From a virus (Duplodnaviria; Caudoviricetes), in IMG/VR virus record IMGVR_UViG_3300035182_001315: DNA of 64,000 nt; one strand, written 5' to 3'. The translations under genes were made by a program, and so were the position numbers. Below, in pieces: positions 58,307 to 64,000 of this stretch; position 1 is the stretch's first letter, and each line of letters begins with the position of its first letter. The notes beneath the pieces are model-generated. The model was given only the letters and a program-made list of their open reading frames with translations, was not told the DNA's origin and ran no database searches.

Positions 58307-59101
58307 TTAAAAGAATACATATTTTTTGTATTTAAAGATTGTAAGATTGGTCAGCGAATATGTTTCATACTTGCTGTCCGTTGTGTAAATTCTTGAGTAA
58401 GCTTCATCCAGCAACGCATTTGGATTCGGAACCGTAATGTGACTTACAGCCAGATAAATCTTTCCAACGTTTCTGGTCTTCAACATCTCAGCCAAACCAA
58501 CAAAGGTTCCACCGAATACGCACAAATCATCGCATATCAGGATATCCCGGCCCTCGAAATCATGACGGTCAATCTGCTGTACCAGCTTATGGGTAACCGC
58601 ATCACGAGCCTTGCTTGCGCCGTAAACATCACCCTTAAAGTCGATTTTATCAGCCAGCTTGTGTACCCATTTGAATGAACCGCCATCTGTTGAAAGCAGG
58701 ATTGGTGGTTGGTCGGTTACCTTTGCTATGTCAGCAAGTACGTCTGAAATGAAACCGGCATTGCTGATAACCTGAGAATTGTTTACCAAGCCGGGGCCTA
58801 CATCGCTATGTGGGTGAAATATCTTTACTCTGCTAAAGTTGCAAGAGTTAATAAAGTCGGCTACGTTCTTAACCTCAAACGATTCGTTCTCGTTGAAGCG
58901 TCTGTCATGCTGTTGCTGGAACATACATGGGATGATGAGTTCAACATCCTTGATACGGTTGTAATCACACGCATCCTTTAATGATTTTATAAAGAACAAG
59001 TCTTCATATGTGTTGATGCGTTCAACGATTACTGGGTTGAGGAAAGATGTTACTTTGGCGTAGATTCCGCCGTCTGGGTATTTTTCCCTTGTATATGTCA
59101 T
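58307..59101 (-). CDS. prs: Ribose-phosphate pyrophosphokinase-like enzyme (PRPS; Adps if NARP1)
   Basis: YPDG, QQHDRRF, FHPHS, STDGG, ASKARD, PRPP-binding loop ICDDLCVFGGTF, AVSH. Confidence 0.88.
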   Translation of the reverse strand: MTYTREKYPDGGIYAKVTSFLNPVIVERINTYEDLFFIKSLKDACDYNRIKDVELIIPCMFQQQHDRRFNENESFEVKNVADFINSCNFSRVKIFHPHSDVGPGLVNNSQVISNAGFISDVLADIAKVTDQPPILLSTDGGSFKWVHKLADKIDFKGDVYGASKARDAVTHKLVQQIDRHDFEGRDILICDDLCVFGGTFVGLAEMLKTRNVGKIYLAVSHITVPNPNALLDEAYSRIYTTDSKYETYSLTNLTIFKYKKYVFF

Positions 59102-59151
59102 TTTGTTATTTTGTAGATTACAAAGATACAAAAAATTTCCAAACCTCCAAC

Positions 59152-59526
59152 TTATTTGTTGTAATGTTCGTCAACTCCTATCAATTCTTCGTTGACCTCA
59201 GCCTTTAAATCAACCTTTGTGTTGATAAAATCAGCCAATATTGTATAGAACTTCTGGTTTGCAACATCATAAGCTTCATTGGTACCATTTTCAAAATACT
59301 CTTCAAATGCATGCTCGATAACCAGTGCTTCACCATACTTATCACCCATGATTTCAGTGATTTCTTCGGTTAACTCTGGGAATCTTTCGATACAAAATGG
59401 TCCAAACTCCTGAATAGGAATGCCGCCGAATTGGTCAACGAAATCTTCACCCGCATCGTGATGATAGTTTGAAAAACGTTCGAAGGTTATATCAAGGGCT
59501 TTTTCTTCTGGGGTAAGTTCTCTCAT
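59152..59526 (-). CDS. acidic hypothetical protein
   Basis: 124-aa ORF. Confidence 0.7.
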   Translation of the reverse strand: MRELTPEEKALDITFERFSNYHHDAGEDFVDQFGGIPIQEFGPFCIERFPELTEEITEIMGDKYGEALVIEHAFEEYFENGTNEAYDVANQKFYTILADFINTKVDLKAEVNEELIGVDEHYNK

Positions 59527-59942
59527 ATTTTTTTGGTTTTTTTCTTTTTATAGACTCCGTAGTTCCACTCACCATCACCGACATTATGAAACTTGTCAGT
59601 CATGTCACGGAAGGTCACGCTGGGTTCTCCATTACTATCGGAGAATTTCAGGGACCAGTAATGAGCTTTTTCCTTCTTACCATCGCCTGTCTTTCTGGAA
59701 TAGGATTCTTTTTTGAAGACAACATCGCTTATACCAATGGTATCACAACGGTAGCGGCCATCATGCCAGCAGTAGGACATTAGGTTAGCCAGCTCTGCCT
59801 TGGGCGTGTCCTTGAGTTCCTGAAAGGTTAGGGGAGTCCAATCCTTGAGGTCTTGAAGTACCTGAATCCTATCCTCGAATACATCCTCGGCACCCATTTC
59901 CTTAGCCAGCTTACGCAGGGCTTCAATTTGAGATTTAGTCAT
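59523..59942 (-). CDS. hypothetical protein
   Basis: Coupled ORF. Confidence 0.7.
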   Translation of the reverse strand: MTKSQIEALRKLAKEMGAEDVFEDRIQVLQDLKDWTPLTFQELKDTPKAELANLMSYCWHDGRYRCDTIGISDVVFKKESYSRKTGDGKKEKAHYWSLKFSDSNGEPSVTFRDMTDKFHNVGDGEWNYGVYKKKKTKKI

Positions 59943-60232
59943 TACTGTTTTTTATTGTTTTCATTGGTCGGAATGAATAGAGGTTTTTGGGTTGAATCCA
60001 GCCATGGTGATTTTGTCCAATGCCAAGTTGAATCAGCACCGAACTGGATACGAACATCGCCTTGCAATGCGTCCCTTTGACCATAGAAGTAAGACTTCTC
60101 AACCAATTCGGTTGTTATTTCCCTGATTTTTTCGTTCTTTCTATCGATGTAATAGTTATCGATTGAACAATAGATTGCATATCCACTTAGAACGATTGCA
60201 AGGAGTGCTAAATATAAATAGAAATTTCTCAT
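59942..60232 (-). CDS. membrane-anchored hypothetical protein
   Basis: N-terminal TM; YFYGQRDAL..WTKSPW. Confidence 0.7.
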   Translation of the reverse strand: MRNFYLYLALLAIVLSGYAIYCSIDNYYIDRKNEKIREITTELVEKSYFYGQRDALQGDVRIQFGADSTWHWTKSPWLDSTQKPLFIPTNENNKKQ

Positions 60233-60242
60233 AGTTGTAGTT

Positions 60243-60527
60243 TTAACCAGAAATCATAAAGCCGTCAAGATACTTTGTGCTAACCGCATCGATAAGCATT
60301 TGAATATCCCGGCCCTGACATCTTCCGCTTCTTAGCGTTTCAAGAAAATGTTCAATACCAGTTGAATCAACTGCTGCATAAACATTTTGATGCTCATTAA
60401 CGTATTTTTCAACCTCTGAAGATACGGTTGAATTAAACGCACCGTTATCGGCACAGGAATGCATGGTATTAGAACCAATATATTCCTCAAGTTTAGTGTC
60501 CATTAATTTACTTACGTAGAAGCCCAT
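60243..60527 (-). CDS. hypothetical protein
   Basis: 94-aa ORF. Confidence 0.65.
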   Translation of the reverse strand: MGFYVSKLMDTKLEEYIGSNTMHSCADNGAFNSTVSSEVEKYVNEHQNVYAAVDSTGIEHFLETLRSGRCQGRDIQMLIDAVSTKYLDGFMISG

Positions 60528-60532
60528 AGTAT

Positions 60533-61075
60533 TTATTTAGCAAGCTTTTTAACCTCTTTCAATTTAGTTTCAAGAACCTTGATAAGGGCTAAGTGAGTGT
60601 CGGTTAATTTACGGGTCTTCACCGCCTTCAGAATTTCCTTGGTTTCGGCGGCATACTTCTTGATGAACTCTTTGGTCATCTTCTTGGTGTCACAGATGTT
60701 GTTGTATCTGTCAGCCAGCTTCAACGCCAATGCGTAGTTGCTCATGGCCAAAACTTCCTGACACAAGTACTTTGTCTTGCCGATGGTTTCGTACTTCTCC
60801 TTATCCAGAGTAAGCTCTTTCACCAACGAAGCAACCTCTGGGCCAAATTTCTTGAAGATGGTCTTCAGGCTTACACCACAGTCTTCCACCACATCATGCA
60901 GTAAAGAAGCACAACCCAGCAAAAGCATGTTCTTGCTTTCCTTAAATTCATAGATTGTTAACAAAACCGCCATTGGATGCAGGATATAAGGGCGACCATC
61001 GCCTTTTCTCTTCTGGTTCCTATGTTTCTTTACGGCGAATATTATCGCTTTGTTGAATGTTTTTACGCTTATCAT
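60533..61075 (-). CDS. Stand-alone HD-domain (p)ppGpp hydrolase-like protein (SpoT/Mesh1 type)
   Basis: HRNQKRKGDGRPYILHP, LLHDVVED, LKLADRYNN. Confidence 0.88.
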   Translation of the reverse strand: MISVKTFNKAIIFAVKKHRNQKRKGDGRPYILHPMAVLLTIYEFKESKNMLLLGCASLLHDVVEDCGVSLKTIFKKFGPEVASLVKELTLDKEKYETIGKTKYLCQEVLAMSNYALALKLADRYNNICDTKKMTKEFIKKYAAETKEILKAVKTRKLTDTHLALIKVLETKLKEVKKLAK

Positions 61076-61626
61076 GAGTAAGTTTTTATTGAATTTTTAA
61101 TGTCGTCCAAATTCTTCAGCAGGATATCGTCATGGTATCCAACCCAAGCAATGGTATGTGCCTTAAGCACTGCCAGAAACTTTTTGTTTATATCTTGTTT
61201 GAATTTGAGTAACTTTTTCCACGCTGCTTTTGAAGTCCGTAATGTTTCAGAATCATAGGCTTTCCTTAGTTCCTTTGGTGCTATACTGCTGGTGGTTTCA
61301 TTGTAAAACTTCAGAAGGTCCTCGGTCAAACAGTCATGCATTATCTTGATGACGAACTTCTTTTTCTTTAACAAAAACAAAAGCTCAGTCATCAACTCCA
61401 AGAACATAAAGTCTTCCATTACCGTTTCACAAATAATGAACTGACCAACTGGCAGGTTAGAGAAGAATTGAAAGGTGTCGATTCTGTTCTCAGGATAGAA
61501 GCTTCCACGCATATCGAAATATTCCCATTCAGTATTGGTACGTTCAAGGTATCTCAATACTTTTTTCGGTATAAAGTCTATGCTATCCTCTTCAAGAATA
61601 ATAGCCTTTCCGGTTGTTGGTATCAT
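61072..61626 (-). CDS. hypothetical protein
   Basis: 184-aa ORF. Confidence 0.7.
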   Translation of the reverse strand: MIPTTGKAIILEEDSIDFIPKKVLRYLERTNTEWEYFDMRGSFYPENRIDTFQFFSNLPVGQFIICETVMEDFMFLELMTELLFLLKKKKFVIKIMHDCLTEDLLKFYNETTSSIAPKELRKAYDSETLRTSKAAWKKLLKFKQDINKKFLAVLKAHTIAWVGYHDDILLKNLDDIKNSIKTYS

Positions 61627-61637
61627 TTTTTCATAAC

Positions 61638-61919
61638 TTAAAATATTGAGTCATCGCTATGACCGTGATTGAATGTTTTCAGAAATTCTTTATGAAATTC
61701 AAATCCAGCTTGAAACAATCTCAACGCATAATCCCATTGACCTTCGTATCTTTCTTGTGGATTGTTCTGTACCCAATCTTCATACGCAAGTTTTACTGTA
61801 TGGTCAACTATCAATGGATAATAGTAAACCCAGCAATGGTCACAACTGTGAGCACATTCTGATTCACCTTCTATCTGGCGCTGGCAATATACTGGTGGGT
61901 CTAATGGACTTAAACTCAT
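61638..61919 (-). CDS. hypothetical protein
   Basis: YCQRQ..CAHSCDHC. Confidence 0.6.
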   Translation of the reverse strand: MSLSPLDPPVYCQRQIEGESECAHSCDHCWVYYYPLIVDHTVKLAYEDWVQNNPQERYEGQWDYALRLFQAGFEFHKEFLKTFNHGHSDDSIF

Positions 61920-62869
61920 AGTCTGATTGATTGTACGTACTCGATGTGTTCCTTGCTCATCGGTGTGCCGGTAAAGTTCAGCGTCAGAAATGTTGTAATG
62001 ATATCCGCATCCGTAGCTGTTTCCTGTAGCTCACCTACTGCAAGGTTATTGTATTCTAAGAACTTGTGCTGCGCATTTGCAGACAAGTCTTTGTAATAGT
62101 TTCCGAATTCATCTGGGAACTTGTTCTGAACAAATTCCAACAGGGCATTATAACGTTGCTTTCCATCAATACAATCCCTGTCATAGCCATGGCCGATTCT
62201 TTTGATTTGGTCAACGATGCTGGCCCATGAATTATACTTGAAGATGAACTTTCCAATTTCGATTCCGTTATAGATGCTGTGAATAAGCAATTGCTTTTGT
62301 TCAAGCGTCCAAACATGCCCACGCTGATAGAACACTCTTTTTCCAGTGGCATCAACCACTGATGGGTCGAAGTTTAATCCACCATAGGTCTTACCAAGAA
62401 GCTCCTTGTCACCGGGAGACTTGCCATCAATAATCTTGGTTGATACCAAGTCGTATGTATCATCCAAACGGCCATATCCGCCGCTGAAGAACAACGATTC
62501 AACCATTGAGGAAATGAAGGTTACCCTTAGTTTCGTTTTGAAAGGGTCAGCACCGCATTCACGGGTTGAATGCTTTACGTTTACCGGCATGTAAAACCCA
62601 TCAGTATCAACAAACTTTATCTCACTGGGCTGGCTCCTGTAAAATGTTTTAACACCAACAATTTCACCATGCTTTGGGTGGTTGAATAATGCAACAACCT
62701 CGCCGCTCTCGTGAAACACCTTAGGTTCATCGGTATATACCCATTCAGCCTTCTTACCCTTAACCATAAGTTCAGACTTTCTGGCTGTGTATTCTACCCT
62801 TACCTCAACTGCATTACCCACCTTTAATGGGGTGGCAAGTTTTGCGCTTATGGCTTCTTGTTTGGTCAT
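61916..62869 (-). CDS. DUF262 (ParB/Srx-like) domain protein
   Basis: YQRGHVW, LIHSIYNGIEIG, IDGKQR, FLTLN. Confidence 0.8.
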   Translation of the reverse strand: MTKQEAISAKLATPLKVGNAVEVRVEYTARKSELMVKGKKAEWVYTDEPKVFHESGEVVALFNHPKHGEIVGVKTFYRSQPSEIKFVDTDGFYMPVNVKHSTRECGADPFKTKLRVTFISSMVESLFFSGGYGRLDDTYDLVSTKIIDGKSPGDKELLGKTYGGLNFDPSVVDATGKRVFYQRGHVWTLEQKQLLIHSIYNGIEIGKFIFKYNSWASIVDQIKRIGHGYDRDCIDGKQRYNALLEFVQNKFPDEFGNYYKDLSANAQHKFLEYNNLAVGELQETATDADIITTFLTLNFTGTPMSKEHIEYVQSIRL

Positions 62870-62887
62870 GACGTAAAATTACATAAT

Positions 62888-63325
62888 TTAATCCAGACTT
62901 CCAATTATTTCTAAAAATTCATATACCTCAACGCAAATCTTATATGCCAAGTCAATCCAGCCATGCAATAAAAATGTGTTGTATTCATCCCAGTAAACCC
63001 TACCAGTCATTATGCACATACGCCACTTAACCGGCAATTCATTTAACAACCTCTCAAGCTTATACCATACAGGCATGAGCCATGCAAAGTTGACGTTAAA
63101 CACCTTGTCATTTATCTCAATGGATTTTATCACCCTGCCGTAAACTTCCAACGACAAGTCATGTGGTATGGAATATGTAAAGGTGTTAAACGACCCCATA
63201 GAATTTCTTCGTTCATCAATATCATCGCAATATCTATTTGCTTCTGATAACGGACTCATATCCATTAATTTGGCAAACTTGACGTTGGCCTTTATGATTT
63301 GTGGGACAGACATGTACCTTATCAT
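62888..63325 (-). CDS. hypothetical protein
   Basis: WLMPVWYK motif. Confidence 0.65.
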   Translation of the reverse strand: MIRYMSVPQIIKANVKFAKLMDMSPLSEANRYCDDIDERRNSMGSFNTFTYSIPHDLSLEVYGRVIKSIEINDKVFNVNFAWLMPVWYKLERLLNELPVKWRMCIMTGRVYWDEYNTFLLHGWIDLAYKICVEVYEFLEIIGSLD

Positions 63326-63646
63326 ACTTCTGTAACAAGTTCTTGTTTGTAAATACTATAGGTGAATTTGTTTGGGTTGACATTTTCAACCTCAGCCATT
63401 TCCATAAGTATTCTCATTTCACTGAATCGTGCGTAGTCGATGCTTTTCATCTTCTCATTGAATACAAGGTCATTCCCAGTATCAGTGAGCTTAAGCATAA
63501 GCTTACCCTTGGTATGTTCTGTCCAGATGCCATTGTTTGATGCGAAGAGGCTGAAAACTCTTTCATCGTTTATATACTCAACGGTGATATTATATTATAT
63601 TATATTCATGGGCACCGTTCTCACTCATTACAACAAAGTTTTTCAT
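63322..63646 (-). pseudogene. Gene frameshifted by an (AATAT)4 microsatellite
   Basis: Removing two of the four units (63587-63606) restores a 104-aa ORF MKNFVVMSENGAHEYNITVEY...QELVTEV. Confidence 0.65.
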
Positions 63647-63648
63647 AG

Positions 63649-64000
63649 TTAGATTTTCCAGTAATTGTTATGCTTCTTTAGCAGTCGCTGGCATTTCTGT
63701 TTCCACATGCCAGAATTCACCTGTATACCGATGGTCTTTAATTGTTTGTTATCTCTGATTTCATTGAGTTCAATGTTGTCATCATCCAGATGCCAGATGA
63801 CCTTGGTGTTGATAAGGAACATGCTTTTGGATACCATGTTGGTAAATCTAATCTTATCTCTGGTTATTCCCAGCTTGTCCGCAACCCTGAACAGGTCATT
63901 ATTACCATACTCCAACCCCTGCCATTGTAAATGCACATGAAGGTCATCAAAGCGGCTTGTAACTATCCAAACGTTAACGCCCTCGGCTATCAGCTGTGCA
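63649..64000 (-). CDS. HAD-like hydrolase fold protein (5' end outside the window)
   Basis: VWIVTSR and WHLDDD motifs; the frame is open to the window edge. Confidence 0.6.
   Translation of the reverse strand, partial: AQLIAEGVNVWIVTSRFDDLHVHLQWQGLEYGNNDLFRVADKLGITRDKIRFTNMVSKSMFLINTKVIWHLDDDNIELNEIRDNKQLKTIGIQVNSGMWKQKCQRLLKKHNNYWKI

Noticed and set aside
1-64000. Alternative genetic code (TAG=Gln or TGA=Trp)
   Set aside because: In-frame stops are of all three types at positions expecting different residues, and intact genes (tnpB, GNAT) end correctly at TAG.
1-64000. tRNA/rRNA genes, cas1/cas2, structural genes
   Set aside because: No cloverleaf, rRNA or matching protein motifs were recognised by eye; a tRNAscan/HMM run would be needed to exclude them fully.

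Overview
AT-rich, gene-dense 64 kb fragment of a large (jumbo-type) tailed-phage genome, most likely infecting Bacteroidota. Dozens of intergenic promoters match the Bacteroidota TTTG-N19-21-TAnnTTTG consensus, and one gene carries a Bacteroidota T9SS-cargo-type domain. No structural or core replication genes are present. The window holds accessory and host-takeover genes: ClpC, an ABC-ATPase/GNAT pair joined by a -1 slippery site, thioredoxin, PNK plus RNA ligase, DHFR, dCMP-type deaminase, a PRPS-like + NAMPT-like pair (NARP1-type NAD+ reconstitution), an HD hydrolase, DUF932, DUF262, many HNH/GIY-YIG endonucleases and about 90 small hypothetical ORFs. The standout locus is 41.87-43.51 kb. 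There, a 424-aa catalytically intact TnpB (IS200/IS605 OrfB-type RuvC) with no transposase is followed directly by a structured anti-repeat/scaffold segment and a 4-repeat CRISPR array (36-bp identical repeats; spacers of 20, 30 and 30 nt, plus a 27-nt leading unit). This is a candidate TnpB-to-Cas12 intermediate. Other notable signals: an ~18.5-kb block with ~30 near-identical promoters bracketed by a G-tract/iteron site and a GC-rich skew-switch site, two related small-RNA units (one interrupted by a GIY-YIG gene), a GNRA-hairpin ncRNA candidate, a 5-copy palindrome, duplicated gene 3' ends, and many single in-frame stops or frameshifts. All calls come from reading the sequence and the ORF track by eye; no database search was run.
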